A stretch of DNA of 55,313 nt, the filler included, from Squatina squatina (Eukaryota): the NCBI GenBank assembly GCA_031763465.1. It is 2 parts of 2 records of this genome, joined end to end, with 100 filler letters (N's around TTAATTAATTAA, not from the genome) between each part and the next. Parts side by side here need not be neighbours in the genome. Positions count along the whole stretch, not along the records: positions 1 to 28,291 come from JARFOE010000189.1; 1 more part is not named here. One strand, given 5' to 3'. The notes below the pieces were generated by a model, which was given only the letters and a program-made list of their open reading frames with translations, was not told the DNA's origin and searched no databases. The translations under genes and the position numbers were made by a program. Positions 1 through 11,945 of the stretch are shown piece by piece; the first letter of the stretch is position 1; every line of letters starts with the position of its first letter.

Positions 1-495
1 GAGGCCACATGCCTTCCCATGGGGCAGGAAACCTCACGCGGTGAGTCATCCCAGAGTTCTCTCATGTCCTCCTTGTATTAGAGTCAAAGTGACATTGGCA
101 GAGCAGTGAGAACAGATCACCTATGTCCTGTCCTCTTGGTTGATGTCAGTGCAAGGCCCAGCATAACCAGAGGGACTGGGAGAAAACAGGGATCTCACCT
201 CTTGGACCTGGGTTCAAATCCAGCTTAGAATAATGCGATGAAAGTCTCCTTTTTCTGCCTGTAGGAATCCCACATCAAGCTGTATCTAATGTGGCATTAT
301 TTGGGTATCTTATTCAAGCATGCTATACTCACACTGGTACAGAAGGAAATGCTTTTATGAGGTTGGGACTGGGACACATGGTTGGAGCAGAGTAGAGGGA
401 GCTGGCCTCAAAAAGCTTGATGCTGTCACTCGGTTTCCAAAATAGAATGTTTCATCCCACAGCACTAACATCCCTCACAATGATGAGCACAAAAA
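1..495 (+). mobile_element. Old tRNA-derived SINE remnants, LF-SINE-like (partial copy 1-150, second copy about 165-495)
   Basis: B-box-like GGGTTCAAATCC preceded by CTCACCTCTTGGACC; segments GACATTGGCAGAGCAGTG and terminal GATGAGCACAAAA resemble my recollection of the LF-SINE consensus. Confidence 0.4.
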
Positions 496-674
496 GAATA
501 AAAAAGGGAAAAATTTGGTCAGTATCTCATCATTCAAATGTCAATAGCAAGATTCAAGTGCTTCTTATGGGGAAAACTTAGCTCCACAATATTCTCATGC
601 TGTTAGCAAAATGTGCATTGAACTCATATTTTGGTATGAGAATCCTATCAAATAAATATGTTGTATATGACACA

Positions 675-895
675 TCAAAATAAGTAGATGTCGATTATGA
701 CGATAAAAGACCCAAAGGAAATAAATATCAGGCACATCAATATCCAGAGCAGCAGAAGACAATTGTCAGAGAATTGGTCAAAGTAGTACATTGCATCTGT
801 TTGATACATACTGCCTATTATGATCTTTATGAAGTGTCCTATTGGGGTCTTACTCTTCAAATATGAGTCTGAAGACCCTTTTCTTTTATTAGTTA
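675..895 (-). CDS. Possible terminal coding exon ending in a hydrophobic C-terminal helix; gene unassigned
   Basis: Frame open from the gap edge to TGA: ...FDQFSDNCLLLLWILMCLIFISFGSFIVIIDIYLF*; 5' end lost in gap; AT-rich chance ORF not excluded. Confidence 0.25.
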
Positions 896-2439
896 NNNNN
901 NNNNNNNNNNNNNNNNNNNNNNNNNNNNNNNNNNNNNNNNNNNNNNNNNNNNNNNNNNNNNNNNNNNNNNNNNNNNNNNNNNNNNNNNNNNNNNNNNNNN
1001 NNNNNNNNNNNNNNNNNNNNNNNNNNNNNNNNNNNNNNNNNNNNNNNNNNNNNNNNNNNNNNNNNNNNNNNNNNNNNNNNNNCACTTAAATCCAATTTAT
1101 TTGCTTGACTAGAAACTTGACCCTTACACAAATTCTTCTGTTTCTATCTTTAATTCCCTTACAACGCTAAGAGTTAATGTTAATGACACTGCAGATAATA
1201 CAAGTAGTTCAAAGATGCAGCGCTTCTTGTCCATGTACAGGATTCATGACATTAACTGAATTGTACCAGTAAACTGATATTTGGCATTGAGTGAATAATA
1301 GCTAGCAGAATGAACTAAATGTGTTTCAACAGCATGCTTCTTTAGCCAAATGTCACTGGAATAAAGTGCGCTAAGCACTACATAGACTTCTGAAATATGC
1401 CCAGGAATGGAGGGTTTTTTTAAAAAAAAACTTTACTACAGGAAACCTTTAGGCCATCTGGAAAAATCTTTCTTCATATGGAAATCAAGGGATTTTATGA
1501 ATAGCTACCTGCACGGAAAGAGATTAAAGCATTCTTATTCTTGTTTCAAGTGTTCATCAAAGAACTGCCTTACAGCTTGCATTAGAGGGTACATGGAGAA
1601 AATGCATTTTTCTATTTTGTTGATGTCTGCTCTGTAGAGTTATGGAGAATATTCCTAACAACTGCTTGATATTTTGTTGAATTTGGTTTCTTTAACTATT
1701 GATCTACATGAATGGAGCCGTTCAGTAACATTGATTTTGACTTTTGCTTGACTTGAAATAAAAATAACAAGCAGCAGCTTCTAAAAAGGGGAGAAATTTG
1801 GGAGCATCTCAAAACTTAAAAAAGTTTGAAAAAATAGTGCCAGGCGTTAATGTTTTCAAACTTTAAAAAAAATTGGTGTTTGTGCTCCAGGAAGGAAGTG
1901 GAGTGCTAAATCAAGTGGTCCACTTCCTTCCTGGAGCACAAGAGACAGCAGGCAGGGCAGTAGGTATGCAGTGCTGAACACTGGGCTGTGTAGAGCTGCT
2001 GCATTGGAAGGCTCATTCCCTCCCTTAAAGGGAAGGGTCATCGTTGCAGGCTCTACATTGGGACTGTTTACCTGGTCCCTGATGGCAGCCGTGATCCGGC
2101 CCGATGCACTGCAGCAGAGTGCTGGNNNNNNNNNNNNNNNNNNNNNNNNNNNNNNNNNNNNNNNNNNNNNNNNNNNNNNNNNNNNNNNNNNNNNNNNNNN
2201 NNNNNNNNNNNNNNNNNNNNNNNNNGACACTGAAATCTAATTGCCAGTAGAATGACTGAGCAAAACAATGCATGTCCAAGCATGTAAGAGTGATCATATC
2301 ATACAGTGTACCTGCACATGTGAAGGGCTCTACTTGTAGTCCCCCTCGCACTCGAGTATGACAGGGAGATGGAGCAGAGGCAGCGAAGATGAGGACAAAC
2401 TGCTCGCAGAGGGAATAGAAGGAGGGGCAGTAGGGCTCT

Positions 2440-3285
2440 CAGCGGGAGGCCTTAAACTATCTAGGTTCTTCTGAGAGCACTTCTCTGACCTACACTTAAG
2501 CCAGGAGTAGTGTATTAGCAGGCTCCGCTTCACCAAGGTGGTGGTCACAGAACTCTGCCACCTCTTGGAACCAGACCTGCAGCATTAGAGCAGGGTTACA
2601 ATGGTGCTGCCAGTGGTCCTCAAGCTCACCGTGGCCCTCAATTATTTTGACATCAGATATTTCCAGTCTTGAGTAAAAGAAAAAGCTAACATCTCCCAGT
2701 TCGCTGTCCATTGCTGCATACGAGAGGTCACAGAGGCACTGTACTCCAGGAGAAGTGACTTCATTGTCTTCTCTCTGAACAGACAGAAACAGAAGAGCGC
2801 GCATGTGGCTTTGCCAAGATATTGGGCTTTCGAGTGGTGCAGGGCACCATTGACTGCACACACAAGGCTTTGTGGGCACTGCATATCAATCCTGAGATGT
2901 ACTGCAACTGCAAAGACTACCACTCTCTTGGTATGCAACCACCCCCAGCACATTGTGATGGTGAATGCCCGGTATTCTGGCACCAGTCATGTTGCCTCCA
3001 TCCTGCAGCTGTCCGGTGTGCCAGCAAACTTCTAGCCACCACGTCAAACCCAAGGATGGCTGCTCGGAGACAAGGGCTATCCGCTCTCTGAATGTGACTG
3101 ATGACTCCCCTCTGCAATGCCACCACTCATGGCCAGCACTCATATAATGCCACGAGGAGCCTCATCAGGCAGACCATCGGGGTTCTGAAGTCTGCCTTGA
3201 CTGCTCGGGAGGAGCCTCCAGTACACACTGGAGTGGGTGTTCCATTTCATGGTGGTCTACTGCATCCTCCACAACTCGGCATTGT
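2440..3285 (+). mobile_element. Decayed PIF/Harbinger (HARBI1-like) DDE transposase
   Basis: Ordered motifs across frameshifts: RLRFTKVVVTELCHLLEPDLQ, GFRVVQGTIDCTH, YCNCKDYHSLGMQ, VNARYSGTSH, GWLLGDKGYP, YNATRSLIRQTIGVLK, VVYCILHN. Confidence 0.9.
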
Positions 3286-6200
3286 CGTAGATTCTTTACT
3301 TCAATTGTTAATTGAAGAATCAGTTCTTCCTGCTAATATTAGAAAATCCTGATGCAGTAAATGCAATGGATCAATTGATGGATTTTTTTTTGAATTGCAT
3401 ACAAACAGCACCATACACAGCATTTTTATATATTCTATCCCACAAGCTTATTTTTTTTTAGTATAAATCTATGATATCACCTATAAGGGATAATATTGAG
3501 CTCTAAATATTTTCTATTCTGTTAATAGCATATGCAGTTTCAGTTAAAAATTGAGCAGTTACAGTGGCCTTTCAGATGTAATTCACTCAGATAACAAGTA
3601 CACAGAAATGTTTCAATGCATGATTTACTCATGTTTGGCAGAAGATGAGTGGCAATTGAAGTAACATATTGCTCCTCAATTGTGAGGATGTCAAGATATG
3701 AAAGAGAAATCCAAAGTATTTCTTTCTGTGAGCCTGTCTGAATCCTATAAGCTTATCAAATATACATCCATTGATGTGTTCTAATACCGTCTGCTAGAGT
3801 GGATCTCTATTAGAGTGGTATTTTATTCAGTAAAGAAGTCTTGATAAATACTCAAAATTTGATATTATTTGTTCCAAGGTCTATGTGAGAATGGGTGGTG
3901 CAGCCAGTTAGAACACTGGGGTGAATTCAGCTCCATTTGCCACTCTTAGCAAAAACGTTGGAATCTCACTTTGTACTCAAGACTCATTTTTCATTCACAT
4001 TAGCAAGCTGAAGAAAATATACCAGGCAATCTTTTCACTTGTAGAACATGGAGTTGATTGGCATAACTGCATCTGAACTGGGAGATTCATTGAAGGAGAA
4101 ATCATTGTATTGAAAATTTAGTGCCCTTTTTGAAGTGTTGAGTATTGCTGGTGCACTTGTGGGAGGTACTTCCTGAAGAAATGTTTGTCAAGTTCAAAGA
4201 AACTACTGGAAAGTATGTAGTAACTTTGAACTTCAGCTGAGAGTATCCCAAGATTACAATATAGAATTGTAAATAACAATGTGGCTTGTTGAGGGCGATT
4301 GATTATTTTGTGGCTTTGTAATATAAACAGAAAATGGGCATTTTATCCGTTCCCTCCTTCTCCCTTTTCCCCTCCTTCCTCACACAAATTAGCACTGATT
4401 NNNNNNNNNNNNNNNNNNNNNNNNNNNNNNNNNNNNNNNNNNNNNNNNNNNNNNNNNNNNNNNNNNNNNNNNNNNNNNNNNNNNNNNNNNNNNNNNNNNN
4501 NNNNNNNNNNNNNNNNNNNNNNNNNNNNNNNNNNNNNNNNNNNNNNNNNNNNNNNNNNNNNNNNNNNNNNNNNNNNNNNNNNNNNNNNNNNNNNNNNNNN
4601 NNNNNNNNNNNNNNNNNNNNNNNNNNNNNNNNNNNNNNNNNNNNNNNNNNNNNNNNNNNNNNNNNNNNNNNNNNNNNNNNNNNNNNNNNNNNNNNNNNNN
4701 NNNNNNNNNNNNNNNNNNNNNNNNNNNNNNNNNNNNNNNNNNNNNNNNNNNNNNNNNNNNNNNNNNNNNNNNNNNNNNNNNNNNNNNNNNNNNNNNNNNN
4801 NNNNNNNNNNNNNNNNNNNNNNNNNNNNNNNNNNNNNNNNNNNNNNNNNNNNNNNNNNNNNNNNNNNNNNNNNNNNNNNNNNNNNNNNNNNNNNNNNNNN
4901 NNNNNNNNNNNNNNNNNNNNNNNNNNNNNNNNNNNNNNNNNNNNNNNNNNNNNNNNNNNNNNNNNNNNNNNNNNNNNNNNNNNNNNNNNNNNNNNNNNNN
5001 NNNNNNNNNNNNNNNNNNNNNNNNNNNNNNNNNNNNNNNNNNNNNNNNNNNNNNNNNNNNNNNNNNNNNNNNNNNNNNNNNNNNNNNNNNNNNNNNNNNN
5101 NNNNNNNNNNNNNNNNNNNNNNNNNNNNNNNNNNNNNNNNNNNNNNNNNNNNNNNNNNNNNNNNNNNNNNNNNNNNNNNNNNNNNNNNNNNNNNNNNNNN
5201 NNNNNNNNNNNNNNNNNNNNNNNNNNNNNNNNNNNNNNNNNNNNNNNNNNNNNNNNNNNNNNNNNNNNNNNNNNNNNNNNNNNNNNNNNNNNNNNNNNNN
5301 NNNNNNNNNNNNNNNNNNNNNNNNNNNNNNNNNNNNNNNNNNNNNNNNNNNNNNNNNNNNNNNNNNNNNNNNNNNNNNNNNNNNNNNNNNNCGGTGAGCA
5401 AGAGTACCGAATGGCTCTTGGCTAAGCATGGATACGTGCGTGCACATGCCCCTTCCTTAAGGAGGGCAACTGTGGTTTCTGTTGGATATTGTCATCAGAA
5501 TGTCAGCAGTTTGAAGCAATTGTTCATTTTTTCCTGTCCCACTATACTTGTTGATTTGGATTTCACATTATCTGTATTCATATTGATTTTCTACTCAGAC
5601 ATTCATGGTTCTACCATGTAATACTGTGCAAAGAACTCCATTCTGAAGTTACTTTGTTTAGGGTACAGTATATGTTTTTGTTTTCAGTAAAGGCTTGACT
5701 GCCTATTAGCAAATTTGCTATAGCCATTTAACACCTGCTACACTGTAATAGGATTTTGCTACTAACTGCTATTGGTTTCCAAGCAGGGAATGTTGGCATA
5801 ATAATTAAAATGAAATAAGAGAAGTAGGTTTAATTAAAAAAAAAATCTGGGGAGTAAAAAAATCATTTTTTTTGTGACCATGTTTGCGATTGGTTGATTG
5901 AAGATAGATTAATACTCATCACCAAATTTAAAAAATAACATTTTAATAGCTGTTATAAATAGGAATCTAAGGTAAACTTAATATATACATAAAAATAAAA
6001 TATAACCAATGTAGCCTGGTCGCTATAATGGTACTGTTGGGCTCCCAGTAGAATACTTGAATGAGAATCCCAATCTCAGCTGGCACTGGCATTTGGATTT
6101 CCTCTAGAGGATGAATTTTAAGAGTCTTTACTCATCATGTAAGGGAAGGAAAAAAAAACTGGCCTGGGAGACTGACTTCCTGCACTGCTCAAACATTCAT

Positions 6201-6467
6201 TGTGGCAAGCCAACCAATTATTGCTGGCATCTATGAAGCTGGCATTAGCTAGCTGCCAAGTCCTCTCAAATGGTGAAGATAATGTGGATACAGAGCAGGA
6301 AGGGACCAACAGGGATGGTACGGTTAAAAGGAGAAAATTGCAAAATGTGTGAATATTGTTATAATATNNNNNNNNNNNNNNNNNNNNNNNNNNNNNNNNN
6401 NNNNNNNNNNNNNNNNNNNNNNNNNNNNNNNNNNNNNNNNNNNNNNNNNNNNNNNNNNNNNNNNNNN

Positions 6468-7040
6468 TTCTGTCAAGGCCATGATGTTGATGCAAACATC
6501 CACAATAAGCACATAGATGACAAGGGTCTTGTTCACAAGTAAACAAACATTCCAGAGGGAGATGCGGAAATGAGCGGCGATAGGCGATCCGCTGCAGAAT
6601 TCACAGGGTCAGCATTCGGAGGGGTGAGTGAGACAGGAAGAAGATTGGCAAGATTAGCCCCTAGTTGGGTGGGAAGGTCAGCGAGAGAGAGTAGGATGGA
6701 GCAGTTAGGGTTGTTGCTCCTATGTAGGCAGCGACAAGTGCCTCAATGGGCCCTTTAGAGGATGCCAAGAGAAGCACAGAGGGAAGCTGTAGGCTTATTT
6801 AAGAATGAGTCAAGTCTGGAATGGTGGCAGGAGAGTAGGAAGGTCGAGGACTCCTGAAGGGTTGGGGTCGGGAGTTGGGCGGGCAGACTCCCTGCGAGGA
6901 GAGGCATGACAACAGGAGCGGGGGGGCCTAGGAGGGGTAAAGAGAAAAGAAAAATAAGGGGGAAATAATAATGATGGGTCCGGAGTGATAGCCGAAACGT
7001 GCATGCAAATGGACACAGGGAAACTCAAGTTATGTAGGCA
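6468..7040 (-). mobile_element. L2/CR1-group LINE fragment: start of APE endonuclease plus upstream region
   Basis: Minus translation ISLWNVCLLVNKTLVIYVLIVDVCINIMALTE matches the APE N-terminal WNVxSLxNK...DIxxLTETW pattern; C-rich coding strand typical of L2. Confidence 0.75.
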
Positions 7041-9624
7041 TGGTTACATAGCAAGATTAAGATAGATGTGTATTAAACCATGTTAAACCCAATAGTCTTC
7101 ACATAGTATATCTTAATTTAAGAAACTGTTAAAAAGAGATAGAGACACGAGAACGTTGATGATTTATAGGAACTCAGAATTAGACTAGTCCACTGTCTGC
7201 TGTTCATGATGATCCTTTCAAGTCCGTATGAAATCTGTATTATATAATGTTATCTATAATCAAACAAATTGAATATGATACTCCTTTTTTTATTCCAGAT
7301 GATGTTATTGCTGGACAGGAAGTAAATCACTTCTTTAGAAGTTATACAACGAATCAACTACACAATGACTTTGGTGTAGATTCTGAGTATAGTATCACTA
7401 AGTAATATTGCTTAGCTGTCGCATTTCTCTATGTCACCATTTCTCTATTGAATCATATCATAGTTATTTGGCAAACAAGGTTACAGCTTTTCAGTTTTGA
7501 CAAATTACACTTCCCATCTGAAATCTTTTTAACATACTTTATCTAGATTAAATTGAATTGTTCACGAACAGTACTGTCTCATTTCATTTTACTTCATTAT
7601 TGTAACTCCTTTGAATCAACTACTGTTTTATAAACTTTAAAATAAAACCTAAGAAATGGAACAGTCAGCAGGAATCTGACTTTTGTTAAAACTTATGTTG
7701 GCAGATTCAAAGAAAAAGAGTTTGACTATCTTGAAACTGTCTAATCTTAAAATATTAATTTTGTTCAGTAGTTTGCAATGTAATTAATCCAGTGTAGTAT
7801 TNNNNNNNNNNNNNNNNNNNNNNNNNNNNNNNNNNNNNNNNNNNNNNNNNNNNNNNNNNNNNNNNNNNNNNNNNNNNNNNNNNNNNNNNNNNNNNNNNNN
7901 NCACTCTGGGCTTGCCATCTAGTAATCCTAATGGAAAGTGGAAAGGCGTGGACAGGATCAGGCTCCATTGTAGTGGCTGCTCAGCTTGCTGAAACTCACT
8001 AGCTTGGTTTACAAATGAAGAATGGCACTTGGAGGGTTGCCAGCACCCACAGAATTGTACACCAGCATTAGCCAGCTTTTTCACAAGAGTAAATAAGGAA
8101 AATGCAAGGAAAAAAAATAGAAATAATCTGAATACTTAGTTTTCAAATTAATTACCACAGTTTAAAGTTGCTTATCATCCGGCACAATGTGAAAAAAATA
8201 AATCCAATTTATTTAGTTTTGAAACTAACATTATAATAAAAAAAATATTTTCTATCAGAAACTGTTGCAATAGTGTTTTTTTTTTTACAAAAATTCCTAA
8301 ATAAAACATGATTTAAAAACTATTTTAATAAACATTAGCACATTGTCATCAATTCTATGCTGCAGCACCAATCTTCTTGATTTAATTAAAACTCAAAGTT
8401 TTAGCTTTTCGCAAACATACCTTGGTGGAAAAAGCCCCACTTGATAACCATTTAAGTTCCTCTGGTTAGAAACAAATGTTCTTCTGTATTTAGTACAATA
8501 GTATAGCACTGATCATTAGAGAGTTCAAGTACAACAGGTAATAATGCCAGTTGTTTTCATTAGGTGAATCTCGGCTAAGCTTGAAATCAGTAACTTGCAA
8601 TATAAAATTATTAAGCAATTTAGACTTCTCTTGTAGAATCTTCATAATGTCATTAAAAATTCTCTTAAAGGTGATGTTCTTCAGTTTTACATGAAGAATT
8701 AGCCAGCCATGATATGATTAATATGACCCTGAAACAGAAACATATTAACTAACTTAATTTATAAAATTTCAACAGGATCACTGGCAGAAAATAGTCTGCT
8801 TACCCTTTAAAACAAAACGACATACAATAGCACATAACGTCAAGTAAAAGTTGAAAAATTATAAATTAGTGTGGCAAACCAAATGAGGTGGCGTTGCTTC
8901 TCCCACAGACCAGAAGAGCTAAAGGCAACCACGCTTTCTGGGCATGGCAGACAGCATCGCAGCCTGCCCAGTATTTCATTCTCCCTTCCCCGCTCCTTTC
9001 AACTTTCTTCAGCTATTTGCTCTTTTCCATCCTCCTCTGGAGGTTTTGACTTTATATGGTTACACAGCCGCTGGACACCCTCTTGTCCCTTGCCTAATCA
9101 GCACTTATTCATGTAAGCCATAATGAGAAACATTAGCAGTCTATCCAAACTAAGAAGCCTTCACAGCCAAGCCTGTCATCCACATGTGTNNNNNNNNNNN
9201 NNNNNNNNNNNNNNNNNNNNNNNNNNNNNNNNNNNNNNNNNNNNNNNNNNNNNNNNNNNNNNNNNNNNNNNNNNNNNNNNNNNNNNNNNCCTGAGTGACA
9301 ATTAACAGAATTGAAAGTGTTTTTCACCCAAATTTCCATCAGTGGCCTGAAGGCACTTGAAACCTGTAAGAAAGTGAAACATTCTGGCCTGTACCAACAT
9401 CGCATGAAATTTGTCTAAACATTGGGGATCCTGTGAGTTTTGTAACCAACACCTAAATTCAGTTTGAAGACATTTTGTTTTGAAGTTTGTTTTTAGATAT
9501 TGTAATTTTTTTGGTCTGGAAAAATATTTAGCTTTTGCAAATATAGTATTACCATTGATATATAAAGAACATAAGACCAGATTTGAAATAAACAAAGTTT
9601 TAGTTGTGGAATTTCTTTTTACAG

Positions 9625-9699
9625 CTTGACGCTGAATCTGTTCCAGAAGTATCTGAAAAATATGGGATTTGTTCTGTGCCTACTTTCTTGTTTTTTAAG
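9625..9699 (+). CDS. GLRX3: Glutaredoxin-3 (PICOT) internal exon, thioredoxin-like domain
   Basis: tttttacag acceptor, 75 nt, phase 0, [25 protein letters not shown], followed by GT; joins in frame to the exon at 11776. Confidence 0.92.
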
Positions 9700-10410
9700 G
9701 TTGCCATGGAGACCAGATTCTATGCCGTCTGAATTTTACAGTGACAAGAACCTTGACAGGGCTCAAAGTGCCTGTATAAATAATTTATTGTGATATTTGT
9801 CTTTTGAATTTTTTCTTGAAATCCAGTTTTTGGACTTTTAACCCTTACAGTGGAGAAATATTTTATGCTATCTGTAAATTGTTACAGATTACAATTGTAA
9901 AATGTTGTTTGTAAGAATGCTATGAACTGAGAAATATTTATCCTAAGCATTTCTGTAATTCTTCTGTCGCATTCATTTTAGAAATCTGCAGGATTTACTG
10001 ATGTGACAATATTTTGTTTGGTATGTTTTTGAAATGGGAAATGTGCCAGAATTCAAAGGGTTGTGATTACTTTGTGCCAGTTGCTAGCAGAAGGATTTCT
10101 GCATATTGTAGGATTCACAAATACTTGGAGTTAGAAATCATACAATGAATTCTTTTTTATGTCTATTGAGATCCTGCAAGATCTTTCCAGTCGATTAAAA
10201 GGATAATTCTAAAATTTTCATATTTTCTTTTTTTTTCTTCCAAAGTCAGTCGTGACTGCTTGACCTGGTCTAAGATGAATAGTTACAGCTTTGTCATTAA
10301 TGGAGAACTCATTTAAAAGGGATAATCTTTCTCTTTCCTACTGCTGCATGGCTACCTTTTTTGTCTGGCTTCTAAAGATATTATGGGAAGTGGGGGGAAA
10401 CATTACACAT

Positions 10411-11167
10411 GACAAGGTCCCACACAGGAGATTAGNNNNNNNNNNNNNNNNNNNNNNNNNNNNNNNNNNNNNNNNNNNNNNNNNNNNNNNNNNNNNNNNN
10501 NNNNNNNNNNNNNNNNNNNNNNNNNNNNNNNNNNNNNNNNNNNNNNNNNNNNNNNNNNNNNNNNNNNNNNNNNNNNNNNNNNNNNNNNNNNNNNNNNNNN
10601 NNNNNNNNNNNNNNNNNNNNNNNNNNNNNNNNNNNNNNNNNNNNNNNNNNNNNNNNNNNNNNNNNNNNNNNNNNNNNNNNNNNNNNNNNNNNNNNNNNNN
10701 NNNNNNNNNNNNNNNNNNNNNNNNNNNNNNNNNNNNNNNNNNNNNNNNNNNNNNNNNNNNNNNNNNNNNNNNNNNNNNNNNNNNNNNNNNNNNNNNNNNN
10801 NNNNNNNNNNNNNNNNNNNNNNNNNNNNNNNNNNNNNNNNNNNNNNNNNNNNNNNNNNNNNNNNNNNNNNNNNNNNNNNNNNNNNNNNNNNNNNNNNNNN
10901 NNNNNNNNNNNNNNNNNNNNNNNNNNNNNNNNNNNNNNNNNNNNNNNNNNNNNNNNNNNNNNNNNNNNNNNNNNNNNNNNNNNNNNNNNNNNNNNNNNNN
11001 NNNNNNNNNNNNNNNNNNNNNNNNNNNNNNNNNNNNNNNNNNNNNNNNNNNNNNNNNNNNNNNNNNNNNNNNNNNNNNNNNNNNNNNNNNNNNNNNNNNN
11101 NNNNNNNNNNNNNNNNNNNNNNNGGGCCAAATGGCCTACTCCTGCACCTATTTTCTATGTTTCTATG
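10411..11167 (+). mobile_element. CR1 LINE 3' part spanning a gap
   Basis: DKVPHRRL RT motif before the gap; CR1 3' terminus gggccaaatggcctactcctgcacctattttctatgtttctatg after it. Confidence 0.75.
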
Positions 11168-11775
11168 AACATACAAAAATGATGGACAGCAAAAAACCTG
11201 CTGGTCCATTGAGCCAGTCGCATACCGTCGTGGTGTACTTGAGCATCATGATCCCCCATGCTCCCTACATGCCATCAGTCATGTAATCGCTGCTTACAGT
11301 ACTGATTTAATTTGAAGTTCTGATACTACCAGACTTTAACCAAGTTTTCAAGTCCTTAGAAAATTAAACAGAATTTATATTTGAGGTAAAAATGCTCAGG
11401 TCTGATGGTGAATCTACAGCTGATGCCTTAAAAAGCTTTTTCTCTTTTCAGATGTTGATTGATGTACTGTAAATTTCCATCTTTTTTGTTTTAATACATA
11501 ATTTTAATATCAAAGGCAGAACCAGATTGTAGCACTTACATTTTTATTAGTATTCTACATTTCCATATTGTATTGCATTCAGCAAACCATTTAAAATGGT
11601 GACCAGAGTCTTTTATATACTGATGACCAAGATAACTGTCACGGCTGCGCTAAATTTATTATACACATGCAGTAGTTTCTCTTGTTCGAAGTATATTTCT
11701 AACTGTTCAGGCTTCCGTGTCAATGATATTGCATTTGTGGTGTTAGCTTTATCAAAATGCCTGTGCTTGCTTCAG

Positions 11776-11945
11776 AATCGTCAGAAGATTGACCGACTAG
11801 ATGGTGCCCATGCTCCTGAATTAACTAAAAAAGTTCAGCAGTACGGTGAGACTGCCAAACAAGACCTGAGTGACCATTTGAGAAAACTTCTAAATTCCGC
11901 ACCTTGTATGGTATTTATGAAGGGAACTCCTCAAGAACCTCGGTG
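11776..11945 (+). CDS. GLRX3: Glutaredoxin-3 exon (end of Trx domain, start of first Grx domain), truncated by gap
   Basis: cttcag acceptor; [56 protein letters not shown](C), leading into the CGFS motif. Confidence 0.95.

Noticed and set aside
2440-3285. Domesticated HARBI1 gene
   Set aside because: Multiple frameshifts and stops; a decayed transposon copy
4299-5621. Long ORFs in the track (also 10291, 23705, 25397, 31490, 41049, 51019)
   Set aside because: They consist of X residues translated from N gaps
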